From: Tricharina praecox
Lineage: Eukaryota
DNA length: 64,000 bases
Assembly (NCBI RefSeq): GCF_024521635.1
Contig: NW_026250428.1
Coordinates: 186,001-250,000, forward strand
Direction: 5' to 3'
Every line of letters begins with the position of its first letter. Within the stretch, counting starts at the first letter, position 1. A program made the translations under genes and the position numbers. Shown piece by piece: positions 12,892 through 24,096 of the stretch. Under the pieces are notes generated by a model. It was not told the origin of the DNA. It ran no database searches and saw nothing but the letters and a program-made list of their open reading frames with translations.

Positions 12892-13848
12892 CTACCAAGG
12901 CCACGAAGCTGCCGCGGTATATGTACTAGAACCTCTTTCGCACATGCTATTCGCCAACTGAGCCAGCTCAGCCAAAACCTCCGAAAACGCCATTCTCTCC
13001 TGGAGATCCGAGATGCGATACTCTTTGCTAACTTCCATGCGCAGACCCTTCTCGGGTCCGACCAAACACCCCGCGCTAACCTGTCCGTTCGTTTCCAGCG
13101 CCTTGATCAGCGCCCCCGACACCGTTGCTTTGACGACCGCCCCGCTTCCCGCGCGCACTGTGACTAACCACACCGCAAACTCCTGCTGCGCATCGCGATC
13201 CATGAACTCCTGCGCCAGCGACACGGCGTACGCCGCCTCCTCGGCAAAGTCGGGGGAGCGGCGGCGCGGCACAACCAGCCACACACGAGACCCGATGAAC
13301 CCGCGCGGGTCCCACGTGACCGTTATCTCCTGGTATCGCAGCTTGAGCGGGAAGAGCGGCCAATCGTAGGAGGTACAGAAGTACCGCAGTACGTGCTCGA
13401 CCAGTTCGACGCAGGCGTAGCGGCGAGGCTCGACGTCGCGCGGACCGGGTGGGATCATCGTGAGGCGGTAGGAGGACTTGGCGATGTTCTGCAGTGCGTT
13501 CGTGTGGTGGATCGAGCGGAAGAGCTTGGAGAACGGCGATAGGGTGTTCAGTACCGCATCGATGAACGCGGGCTTCAATGCCGTCGAGCTGTCCAGGTGG
13601 AGATCGAAGGTCAACGTGGCGCCGATTGCGTCGAGGTGGTTCTTGTTCCAGCGGAAGGGCTCAATGCGGCAGGGACGTATCTGGCTTTGACCGGAGCTCG
13701 TCGGCTGAAACAGCGGACTTTTTGTGAACATCATGGCCTGTTGGGCAGGGACGAGAGAGTCTTCAGGGAGGCATGGTGACTTCTGCCTCTGCTCGCTGAC
13801 CGCGGAGTGTGGAGGTACGGAGCAGGTCGATGGAAGGATCGTCGCCAT
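12892..13848 (-). CDS. Hypothetical protein, ~318 aa, single exon
   Basis: Longest clean ORF in the region, with GC-rich third positions and globular-looking composition. Likely start is MATILPST at 13848; an upstream ATG at 13965 is possible. A TATA-like sequence lies upstream. Confidence 0.7.
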   Translation of the reverse strand: MATILPSTCSVPPHSAVSEQRQKSPCLPEDSLVPAQQAMMFTKSPLFQPTSSGQSQIRPCRIEPFRWNKNHLDAIGATLTFDLHLDSSTALKPAFIDAVLNTLSPFSKLFRSIHHTNALQNIAKSSYRLTMIPPGPRDVEPRRYACVELVEHVLRYFCTSYDWPLFPLKLRYQEITVTWDPRGFIGSRVWLVVPRRRSPDFAEEAAYAVSLAQEFMDRDAQQEFAVWLVTVRAGSGAVVKATVSGALIKALETNGQVSAGCLVGPEKGLRMEVSKEYRISDLQERMAFSEVLAELAQLANSMCERGSSTYTAAASWPW

Positions 13849-15249
13849 TGTGTGTGGATTGTGGTGAGAGGATACGAGAGAGTCATCGACATGAGCAAAT
13901 AGAAGCAAGAAAGGACGCCATTGAACGGGGTCAAAAGACGGAAACGGAATAGAATGAAACCGCATCCTCGATATAGCCTAGTGCGGGCGCTCGACGTAGA
14001 CCTTGGGCGTCAGAGTCTCCGGCTTCTTTGGGACCCCCATGAGCTCTATATATAACTCAGATTCGCCTCGTCGTCCGCTGAACGACGCGTCCGCTAAACG
14101 ACGCGTCCGCCTTCTCCAGCACTGGATACCTCGACATCACCCTGAACCTGCTTTCACTTTCTTTCCTACACGCGATGACGATGAGGCTGCCGCTCAGCTT
14201 CCCCATCCCGTGGCAATGGCGAACAGCATGGACGGTATCATTCGAAACCCAGGGAGGGGGGTGGGGGGACTCGGGAGGGGGGCACGCGGCCGAACCCTCC
14301 AGATTTCCCAACGTGCTGGCTTTCGATCACGGTTCCTATGCCACGGCACAACTGGCGATGATGGCTGAGAGGCTGGGACGCTTTAAGACATTGGACGAAG
14401 GACGGAGTTCTCACCACGATCATGAGGAACGTGCTACAGATCTGCTCAAGACGCCGCTCGTGGCACCACACTGTGCCGGAGCCTAAGCTGTATGAGGTCT
14501 GGTCAACTTGGTCTGGTACGGGGAAGATGACTTGGTATCAGACCTGAGACACCCGCGGCCGTCATCTCGAAGAACTCCGACCGTGACTAATGCTACGTAC
14601 AACACATATAGCGACCGGCTGTTTCTCCGAAATCGAGCTTCCCTGATAGTACTAGTAGTTCATATCGCCGTTCCATCTCCCTGATTTCTGGGCTTTTCTC
14701 CTTCGATTGTAGCCCACGATCATCGGTTTCTATTCTCGAAATCCGTCCCAACAATGCAACCTGTAAACACCCACAACACTCTCGCTCCCAGCCCAACGCT
14801 GCATCTGAAGGAAATTTACTGCTGGGGGTGCACCTAGACATTCAACTGGCCATATTTCACCGTGTGCCAACACAGTCAGTGCTCATACTGCCACAAGGCT
14901 TTGGTGAATTGGGATGGGAGGATGGTCGAGCTTTGAATGCAGACGTGGGTAGTTGATCTATTTGCTTCCCCGTCCTCAGGCCTCGCCGACATTAGGGGCT
15001 CGCTGTCATTTTCCTATGCCCTCCGCCTCGCCGGCTCGGTAGGCCTGTCGCAAATTTAAACAGTGCATTCAAGGAAATGGCTTGTCGCGCGTGCGCAAGT
15101 CGGGGCGTCTCCCCCTCTTAGTAGTTGCTACTTTTCTTCTCAAATCGGGCACCTCCTCATTTTTCCTCAACCACTCGCTCCACGCCCGAGTCCGCCGGTT
15201 CATTTCTCTTTTGTTTTTGTTTCGTCAATTGCTTGCGACGTACTACACG

Positions 15250-15830
15250 AGCGATGGTGTTTTCGGCTGCCAGCTTCGCCTATTCGTCAGCCTTTTTGTT
15301 TCCTAGGATGCGTTTATGGGGCAGGGCACCATAGATCTCGATAGCGATCTCAGGCTACCTCCATCGAAGTGTGGCGATGGATTCTGTAACCTCGATGGAC
15401 TCTTGGCTGGAGCAGGGTGCGTCTTGGGTCATCCTCCTAGTGGCAATTTGCACGTCGGTGCAGAAGGTGACTCTGTCGTGGGTGTACCGCCTATCGACGG
15501 CCGCTTCAGGCTACGCAGTCCGCTTCATAGGCCTCCCGGTAAAGTCCTACATCGACCTTGTATCCTTTCTATTGGGAGCCGACAGCTTTGTTGCCCGTCC
15601 GGGATCCATGCGTGTATATCGACAGTCCCGGGGATTGTGGGCTTTATGTGCGGGTTTAGTCGCGAACGCTTCGCCGATGGTGACCGTCGGACCGTGAAGT
15701 CGCATGCTTCTGATACATTCAAGAGCACCGTTTCTTCCGTCCGTCTCAGCTTCCCTAAGAGTGTGGCCGGTCGATAGCCAATCGCACTATCGGCTCCTAC
15801 CATCAGCTCATGTCTCTCTGAAATCCTGAC
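15250..15830 (-). mobile_element. Tad1-like LINE RNase H relic
   Basis: Across frameshifts: GLSIYTHGSR (cf. FTDGS), AYEADC (cf. AYDAE), VTFCTDVQIA (cf. IFTDAQAA), WCPA...GNKKADE*AKLAA (cf. WxPxH-GNExAD-AK). Confidence 0.7.
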
Positions 15831-16800
15831 CGGGCGCTTACTTCGTTCTAGTTGACGGCCGTTTTCTCAACAACCGCTGTCTATGTTGGTCCGTCTTCTA
15901 GGGTATTCATCACTCGGATTTTCTTCTCTCTTTGGTCCCCTCGTCCTCTGTCGTCTCCTCATAGGGTTGCCCGTGAGGCCTTAACGTTCTGTGCCGTGGA
16001 TGGTTTACAGAGTGATGGGAGAAATCAGACAGGGTACATTTTCCTGCGAGCTCTATTCGTCCGATTCTCGCGCCGTGTGTGATGTAAGGTTGAAGAGTTT
16101 GAGAATTCGGTTCGATTAGCGATAGTGGGCAATTAGCGACTGCGGGCGATTAGCGAGATCTAACGCACGTACTCTAGTCGCACCAAATCTGTGAAACCAT
16201 GCCAACCATGGCGGGATACGCCGTGCACCCATTCTCGCTGTTGCAATCCCTCCATGTAATGACTTTAATCGTGCGCGTTCTATATACCAAGGTAGTGAGT
16301 ACATCTAAGTAATTCATGATTGAAGAAGGAGAAACCCGCTGAGTTTTCTTGACGTGCAATGATCAATCTATACGGAACTCCAAATTTGATCGCTCTAAAA
16401 CCATCGAAAGCACACAGATATAGAGAAAAGAATGCACATGCAAGTTTGATTTCAAACATCTACCCAACGTAGCTCGCCCTCCCTTGAAATCATCCATCAT
16501 ACAAAAAAAAAGACCGACATAAACACAGCAAAGAAAGTAAAATGAAAGTAATCTGCAACTTCCGCCAACGCCATTTTATCCCACCTAGTCCCAGGATGCG
16601 ACTATGTGCTCCTGCCGTACGAACTCGTAACTCGTTGAACTCCATATCGGTGTGGGCGAGCTCGAGAGCTCTCACCGTGAGGGTGGCATCGTGGTGCGCC
16701 ACTTACCGGGCTCGGTCTCGGGCAAAATTAGCTAGTCGAGACCGCAACGAGGTCCGGATCCAAGGTAGCGAATGTCGCTGGAGGATGGCACCTTGGTGGG

Positions 16801-17241
16801 TATCTGCGGGATCTCCGTATCTCTATCCTGCACAAGGATGGACATGAAGATAATGGCTTTGTCTGGTTGCCGAAACGGTAAGAGAACTCTATGACTGGCC
16901 GCGGGAGAATGCACTGTATCATCGAATTGAAGACCTTGGGCTGGTCTGGAACGATCATTGAGAGGAGCACTTCATTGCCTTCTCCCAACCGGGCACGCCC
17001 GGCGACGAACCGCAGGCGGTCGAAGTCCATGTTGGCCCCCGAGAGGATGGCGCAGAGGGAGGAGGTCGGAGTGGACGGCTGATGCTCAGCGGCGTATTTC
17101 TTGAGACCAGCAAGGGTCAGGGCGCCGGTAGGCTCGACGATGGATCGGGTGTCTGTATATACCATCAGAGCCGAGCCCCGAGAGAGAGACGGAGGGTGGC
17201 GGCTCACCTAGGAACACATCTTTGATTGCCGCACAGGTCTC
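16801..17241 (-). pseudogene. ILV1: Threonine dehydratase (ILV1/IlvA) internal fragment with retained intron
   Basis: ETCAAIKDVFL|DTRSIVEPTGALTLAGLKKY...ILSGANMDFDRLRFVAGRARLGEGNEVLL...IEFSYR. Intron 17207-17153 (GTGAGC...CAG) splices in frame; frameshift near 16860. Confidence 0.9.
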
Positions 17242-17474
17242 TACTGCGCGATCTTCACTACCTTGGAGGCCAGGGCCTCGAGCTCGAGAGCTCTCTCCTA
17301 GATGGTGGCACCGTGATGCGCCTCTTACCGGGCCCCTTCTCGGGCAAGCTTATCAGGCCGAGAACGAAACTAGGCCCGGATCCAAGGTAGCGAATTTCGC
17401 TGGAGGGTGGCACCGTGGTGCGTCTCTGCTGCGCGTTATCCGCTACCTTGGATGCCAGTCCTCGGGCTCGAGAG

Positions 17475-17656
17475 CTCGTTCGAAGCGTAGGCCTTTCCGG
17501 TGGAGGCCTTGTACCAGTCGAGGATGCGGCTAACTAAGGATGAGATCAGGAAGGCGCCACCCTCGGCGGCGGCGATGGCCTGCACCTGAGAGAACATCAG
17601 GGTGAGGCTGTAGTTGATACCGTGCTTGCTCTGGAGCTCATGGGCGGCCTGGATGC
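17475..17656 (-). pseudogene. TAL1: Transaldolase internal fragment (~60 codons)
   Basis: [56 protein letters not shown] matches the transaldolase region NLTLLFS...ISPFVGRILDWYK, with substitutions at conserved positions. Confidence 0.9.
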
Positions 17657-17929
17657 ACCGTGGCGCGCCTCTTGGATGTCGTTGGTGATCTTCATAAGCG
17701 AGCAATGAGCGCAGACCATAGTGAAGGCCTCGCACTGTGTCGGGTTGAACTTACCGAGCATGAGCGAGGAACTGGTTGCATTTTCAGGCGGGCTGAGTTC
17801 GTCACGATGGAGTGGAGATTGTAGTAGTTGAAAGGTGGAGTGAAGAGTGTAGTGAATGAAAGGTGAAGTGGAGGTTGTGACGGACGAGGTTCGCTGTATT
17901 TATTGGTAGTTACGTTACGCAAGTGCTTC

Positions 17930-18067
17930 GCTTAATCGTTCGAAGTAGGGCTTAATCGTTCAAAATCGCGCAAGAGCTCAGCTTAATCGTTCGAAGTCGG
18001 GCAAAAGCTAGCTTAATCGTTCCAAGTAGGGCGAGAGCGTAGCTTATGCGTTCGAAATCGCCCAACA
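17930..18067. repeat. Five-copy degenerate tandem array with core GCTTAATCGTTC (20-31 bp spacing)
   Basis: Cores near 17930, 17950, 17981, 18011 and a degenerate copy near 18041; upstream (minus strand) of AATAAATA and a CT-rich leader. Confidence 0.85.
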
Positions 18068-18069
18068 CG

Positions 18070-18520
18070 CCTGGGCTCCTTCGGGCTTCCTAGTCTGCGG
18101 AAGATTGAGCCTCTTATCTGAGACTCTGAGTATCTCCCAGCACCATTGCTGGTATGGCGACGTAAGTGGGTGCGAGCCGCTGGATAATACGGCCAGTACC
18201 TCTCCGTACGGATCATTATGGCGACTTCGGTAACAGGGGTCGTCGGCTTTACGTTCATCTATTGCGCTGTACTGGCCGGTAAGGCTCTATATATGCCATC
18301 TGGAGACTGGAGTCAACGACCCTCGAGTAGCGTTCTACATAGACCAGTCCCGATCAAATTTGGGTATGGTCGGCCGACCGGTCTGGTCTATGTAGAACAC
18401 TGCCCTCGAGTGGCTTGCTTTGCCACCAGATGCCATTAATCTGCCTCCAGATATTACTGCCACCTTTCCAGTATCCTCGGAAGCAACTTCTATCATTGTA
18501 GTCACAATGCCGCGCAAGCA
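18070..18520 (-). mobile_element. Possible Copia integrase relic
   Basis: DQTGRPTIPKF... and TEVAIMIRTERYWPY...THLRR...IFRRLG weakly echo Copia integrase blocks; heavily degraded. Confidence 0.3.
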
Positions 18521-19120
18521 ATCTCACAGTAGACCGTCTTTCACTGCTATGCGGCTTGCAATCAGTAGAGATCCTGGATTGAAGACGGCGGATTCCATCC
18601 AACACTAGGAGATCATGGTTCTGTGAAAGGCTTCGAAACATGCGGGTTTTCCTCAAGAATACTAGGATTTTGTGGGACTATAGTCGACTGAATCCTATAC
18701 GTAGTGGTTCCATCGAACGATACCTAAATTTGAGATCTTCTAGACGGTGAAGAATATGTGATGGTAAACCGATGTCTTGATGTGAGTTAGTAGGAGAGAA
18801 GACTAAGTATCTCGAGAGATTAAAGAAAAAAGTGTAAAGGCGCCTGCCTTCAAAGACAAAACAGGAATGCGTCGGCGTGTTGGAAGGTGTGGCGAATCAC
18901 CTTAATACCAGCACTATACTGAGGTGTCGGTAGTCAGTGGCGGCGCCGGCAGAAATCGTCGGCAGGAGTCGTTGGCAGGATATAAGAGTCGGTAGATAGC
19001 CCTCAATGAAAGAGCAACTCTCATACAAAACATCATACGTTCGAGTGAAACTATTTCCCGTGCCTTTCAACACGGCGCAGTAACATAATCACATTATTTA
19101 AGTACAAAACCGCTCATCTA

Positions 19121-19959
19121 CTATAACCAATCTTCTGGCGTACATGATACATCCGTTGTCTGCGCATCGGAGCGCAATCCATTATCCGCACGCCACCACG
19201 CCTCAATAGCTTCCTTCTCTTCTCTGTCTTTGAGAAACCTCAAAATCTCTAGATAGCAGTCAGCGCTGGAACAAATCGAGGAGTTCGAGTAGTAGACTGG
19301 CGTTGCACATACCAATCTTGAAATCCACCAGCAAGGCGCCGTGGTTGAGGACCCGTTATCTACAGGTACGCAAGGTAGCTCAATCCATCACTCGTCCACC
19401 GCGTCACAGTAGGTTCGTCCAGTAGTCTTTCTGCGACAAAGCTCACCACCTCTGGATAGTAGTTAGCGCTGGACAAACATGAAGACCACGAACGTTAGAC
19501 ACGGGTTGCACATACGTTCCGTGAGGTGAACCACCAAGAATTAATGGATAAAGACGTTCCATAAATCCTCGCCGGTTTGTTTTGACCTCGGGAACGTGAT
19601 TAGTAACATATCTCGGGAGACGGGGCTAGCTGGGTTATACTACATACCGCGGGCCCTGGGGATATTGATCATGGCCTGCTTCAGTTGCCTGTACACGTTA
19701 TCGAAGAAGTCGCGTTCGCACTCTGCCCTCGCATTGACTAATATCCTGCAGTTACCGAAGGGCTCGGCGCAATAGAGCCACTGGGTAGGCTGCAGCACGT
19801 ACCTCGACGCTCTAACGCAAGAATGTAGCGAAGGACAATTTCGGGGAGGCGTTCGATGACGTTAGGCAGCAGGGCCGGTTCGTTAGTATGCCGTAGGTAC
19901 AGCGCGTCAAGTTCGGTGCGCATCCCCTCCGATATGTAGAAGTTCTGTGGGTCTAGCAT
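19121..19959 (-). pseudogene. Disrupted hypothetical gene with an internally duplicated Cys/Trp motif
   Basis: MLDPQNFYISEG... start after a TATA-like sequence and CT-rich leader; WWFTSRNVCATRV*RSWSSCLSSANYYPEVVSF duplicates WWISRLVCATPVYYSNSSICSSADCYLEILRF; stops and frameshifts. Confidence 0.4.
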
Positions 19960-20211
19960 GTTGTCAGCGTTGGGGGGTATAAAGTCGGAAATTTGAACAG
20001 AAAAATATGAGGGAGGTGAGTGATAGATGCGGTCGGAATGGGGAACTGAGAAGAGCGGGGGAAAAGGCCGGGTTTTTATATGATCCATTCGTGCCCCCGG
20101 ATTACGGTCATAATTAAGTTACAGCACAGGTACGAATAAGCTTTTTTGACACTGTTGAAGTCTAAATAAATTTATTTTTGGCACTGTTGAAGTCTACATA
20201 GAGTGTACATA

Positions 20212-21595
20212 CCATATTGAGCCGTATAGCAAAGTCAAATGCATTATAGCAGCCATATTTGAGGTCGATTTTGACACTAGAGTTTTGGGGGAAAAATACT
20301 AATATTAATATTTTTTCCCCAAAAATCTTGTCATAAAATAAGGCTTAGTCAGGGTTTTCAAATTTCAGCTCTGATTGTTGAATATGGCTTCCTCAATCCT
20401 GAGTGCAGTGAAAATCAGCCCCGACTCGTAAGTCTTCTGTAACCACTACGGGCCCGCCGGCCTTGGAAGTTCGTAAGAGTTCTATATGGGCTCATTCCTG
20501 AATACTAAGCAGCACATAATGACTTCTTATGCGACAAGCCTTATCTCATACAATGCTTATCACTTGTTGATGCTCTTCTTTCGTAACCTTATATACCTAA
20601 AGTTTAAACTACTCTCCTTCCCCGCTTCCCAGTCCCTCGCCACCATTCCCATACTGACTCCCGCTCGCCATAGTACTGTATCCCCCTACTACTCCTCGTT
20701 GTGGAAAACTTGCGGGCATCGAGGGAGTAAGTGGAGGAAGTGATGCAGGAGCTAGGTATCAGCGAGACGACGAAGTGATGGAGGACCTAGGAGGACATGT
20801 CAGCGAGAGGGGAAAGTGATGGGGAGTTGTGGCGAGAGAAGGAGCTATTAGAAAGATGAGGAGGAGTTGTTAGAAAGATGAGGAGGAGTTGTTAGAAAGA
20901 TGAAGAGGACGGGCCGTGGGTTCGCGGGTTTAAAACTTCAAAATAAGCTTCATCATATTTGTCTTCAGAAAACTCTGCGCCTAACAATATGTTAGGACAT
21001 ATCTGGCGGGGTTAATACTGTCGGAGCTGCCTCTCTCTCCCTCTCATCATCATCTACAGAGTACCTAGACGGTCAACCTCCCATCTCCGCTCCCTCCTCT
21101 CAACCCGCCGCCGCTTCTCTCAAGCTGGCTGATTTTCGCGTATGCTCTACTAATTCATAAGAGGGATAAGACCCATCGGTCTGAATAAGGCTCACTGAAG
21201 GCTTGTATGATGCATGTAAGGAGGTTGAGCGTGTGGTGCTCTAAGGATTTTCTGTCTCGAACTGATATATCCCATAATGCTTCACAAAACCTGCCAGTTT
21301 CACAATCATTATTGTACGGCAGTGCTGTGCATTTAAACAATGACGATATAGGACTGACTAAAGCTATGAGGTTTACAAAGTGAGAAGGCCGATTTATGTG
21401 ATGGTGGTTTTCGCTGCATAGGCATTATGTAGGAGTTACGACAATTTTAGGGAAATGAGAACATCAGCCTTAGTTGAACACAGCCCTTACTGAGGCCTCA
21501 TGAGCTCAACTCGCTTGTGGCTGGCTTATACGAGGACTGTTTGCCTATTCAAGCCCTACATAAGGCTAACGACTTTTGTACACGGCTCAATATGG
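20212..21595. mobile_element. Non-autonomous TIR DNA transposon (Tc1/mariner-type ends), copy 1, ~1.4 kb
   Basis: TA|CCATATTGAGCCGT ... ACGGCTCAATATGG|TA; interior homologous in inverted orientation to 34892-37241; no transposase ORF. Confidence 0.9.
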
Positions 21596-22892
21596 TAGGT
21601 ATCATCCACCAAAAATAAAATTACGATCCGCCCGGAGGTAACTCTAATCATACGGAAATCTTAATGAGCCGCAGATGTCACGATCCAGGAAGCCAGTTTC
21701 CCGCCATCTATACAGCGAACCCCAACGGTACTACGTGGAAACACGAATGATTCTGGAAATGCAAGCAAAGTCCTCCAGCCATTGGAAGGATTGTTTGGGA
21801 ACATGGGAAGACTTACACTGCTGGTGAGATGCACACAGTTGGCTTGGTTCAATCGATTTCTCCGCCACCGCCCTTCACAGACAATTACCTACGTTACGGC
21901 ACAGATACGAACATGCTTTTTCTGACACTGATGAAGTCTAAATAGTAACCTAAGGGCGAACCCCAGATCTGCCAAGCAACCGCGAAGACGCAACTGCTGC
22001 ACGGCAAGAAGCGAACTGTCGAGCACACTTAAGAGTGGCATGTGAGCCAGCCTTGAAGAGAGAGAACGAAAGAATACCGCAGAATCATGGTTAGAATCAG
22101 AGAATGCGAGTAAAGTTTCAATAAACTTTTGCGTACCCTGCTACAGTATTTGTATATGGATCAATATGTGTACGGTAACGGAGTATCCCGGGACCCAACC
22201 CGCTGGCACCACCACACAAGCCCCCCCCCCCCCCCCCCCCCCATCATGTAAGGTAGGCGCTGCATACATACTAATGCACACCGCTCTTGAGAAATTTCCT
22301 ATCTAGGTATATCCGGCGGACTTTGAAACCCTCACTTAATTGGTCCGTTAGCTTGGGCGGATGTCAAGGGATGTCCAGGGATTCCTTTACGCCATAGCAT
22401 AGTTCATACCAGAAGCGAGCTCCGTAGCGTGGTAGTTTTTCGCGCAACATCACCGACAGGATCGAGCTCGGAGGGCGGTTATGGAGCTGTCACGACGTGT
22501 TTCTGGGTTCAACGGTAGTATATACAGTGACCAGCGGCAGAGGTGAAGACTCAACAGTCCCGATAAACGTAACGAGCGGCGTATTGGATAGTTGCACGTA
22601 ACGATACTCAGAATTTGTCGTTTCTGCTCGCATGAATATTCCTGCTTCCATTACGATACTAGTAAAGCCCCTTCGGCAAATCAAAACGCCGGCGACCACC
22701 CACAAAGCAAACCGAAAGTACAATACCCAGCAGCAAATATGTAAGAAAACGAATACGAAGCATTGCCCTGCCCTGCCCTGCCCAGACCCAACCGATGTCA
22801 TCTGACCGATTACCATTCATGATTCATCTGATTCCCACCACTAGAACAAAGCAATACAGACTAAAGAAAAACCATGAGCACACTCACTCCAC

Positions 22893-24096
22893 CTATTCTT
22901 CTATCTCCTCATCCTTGCACCACCCGCACATACAGTGCCCCTCTGGACACGACTCCTCATCTTCCCGGGTTTCGCTCCACTCCCCGGCTTCGTCGCTCAT
23001 CGGCGGGCTTTCCTGCACCTCCTCCGCCTGCTCGAGCAACCTCAGGTTGGCGGCGGTGAGGGCATCCCTCGATCCGCGTTGGTTCGGCGTGCGCACATCA
23101 TGCGATTCCATGTCGTTCCTCTCGCTCACGGGCGAGTCTTCTCCGGAAGCACGGGACATGTATCCTTCGGGGGTGCGGAAAAACCGGAAGGAAGGATCGC
23201 GAGCGGAGATTGTAACGCGGCTCCACGCCTTCCTGTAGACAGTGTTTGCGCGTTTGCGCGGGCGCAGTGGGATGTCGGCGATCCCAATCAAGTCGAATAT
23301 CGGCTCCTTGGCGATGTCCTGGAAGTTGCGCAAGATGAGCTCCTCGCTGGCGGTCGACGGGACTGCACTCGGCGCGACTCGGTACTCGTAGATGTACGCG
23401 GCCATATTCGCGAACTGAGTGCAGTACAGCGAACTGGCGGCCGAGTCGAAGATCCTGTCAAGATCTATCTCGCGGTTCAGGACCCGGAATACGTCTTTCG
23501 CCACGGACATGTCGAAGCCGTCGAAGAAATCCGTTCTCAGTTCCACGCTCGTTAATCCAATGAAGGCGTCGGGCTCGTGCGCACATATTTCCTCCACCTA
23601 CCATCCATTTGTCTTCAGTAGTCAAAACAATGATCGCCGAAACACTCACATGGTGGGTGAGGCGGGTGAGCACATCGCACTGCCACTGGCGGTTCCATGC
23701 CATTACCTTTTCGACCCCGATGTGGTAGGCCAACGCGCCAGCCGGCTCGGTCACCCCGTGACCCAACGCCCTCGTCAAGATACCCCTGATTGTGTCTTCG
23801 TTGGCGAAACCGAAGTGTCTGGCCCAATGGAACTTGCTGAGCAGGTTCAGCCACTCCCAATCGGAGGCCGAAAATCCCGCCAGATCATTATCATCCTCCT
23901 CCTCATCATCATCATCCTCATCCTCCTTATCCTCATCCTCTCCAATCCCAGCCTCCCCGCTATCCTCGCCGGCAGTCCGAGGGCCAGCAGGCCGCCGAGT
24001 GCTCCCCTTGAACGCCCCCTCAATCATTCTGTGCGCTTCCTGCGCAGTCGCGCCAGCGGGAATGATAAGTTTTCTTAGCAGATAGGCAGTCGACAT
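22893..24096 (-). CDS. Hypothetical protein, ~383 aa, 2 exons (24096-23650, 23597-22893)
   Basis: A 52-bp phase-0 intron GTGAGT...TAG joins ORFs 23458..24096 and 22893..23597 in frame; acidic tract; C-terminal CPEGHCMCGWC. Confidence 0.75.

Larger units (their letters stand above)
16490..17781 (-). pseudogene. Decayed repeat/coiled-coil-like protein gene carrying inserted TAL1 and ILV1 fragments
   Basis: ATG 17781, 27-nt exon, intron 17754-17690 (GTAAGT...AAG), then [12 protein letters not shown]. Repeated units xHHGATxQ...RALELExLASKV with TAG/TAA stops; DNA repeats at 16657-16800, 17240-17425 and 17420-17477. Confidence 0.6.

Noticed and set aside
16728..17735. Functional ILV1 or TAL1 genes
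   Set aside because: Internal fragments only, with a frameshift and substitutions at conserved residues.
22935..24078. Plus-strand ORFs of 206 and 219 aa
   Set aside because: Antisense shadows of the spliced minus-strand gene.
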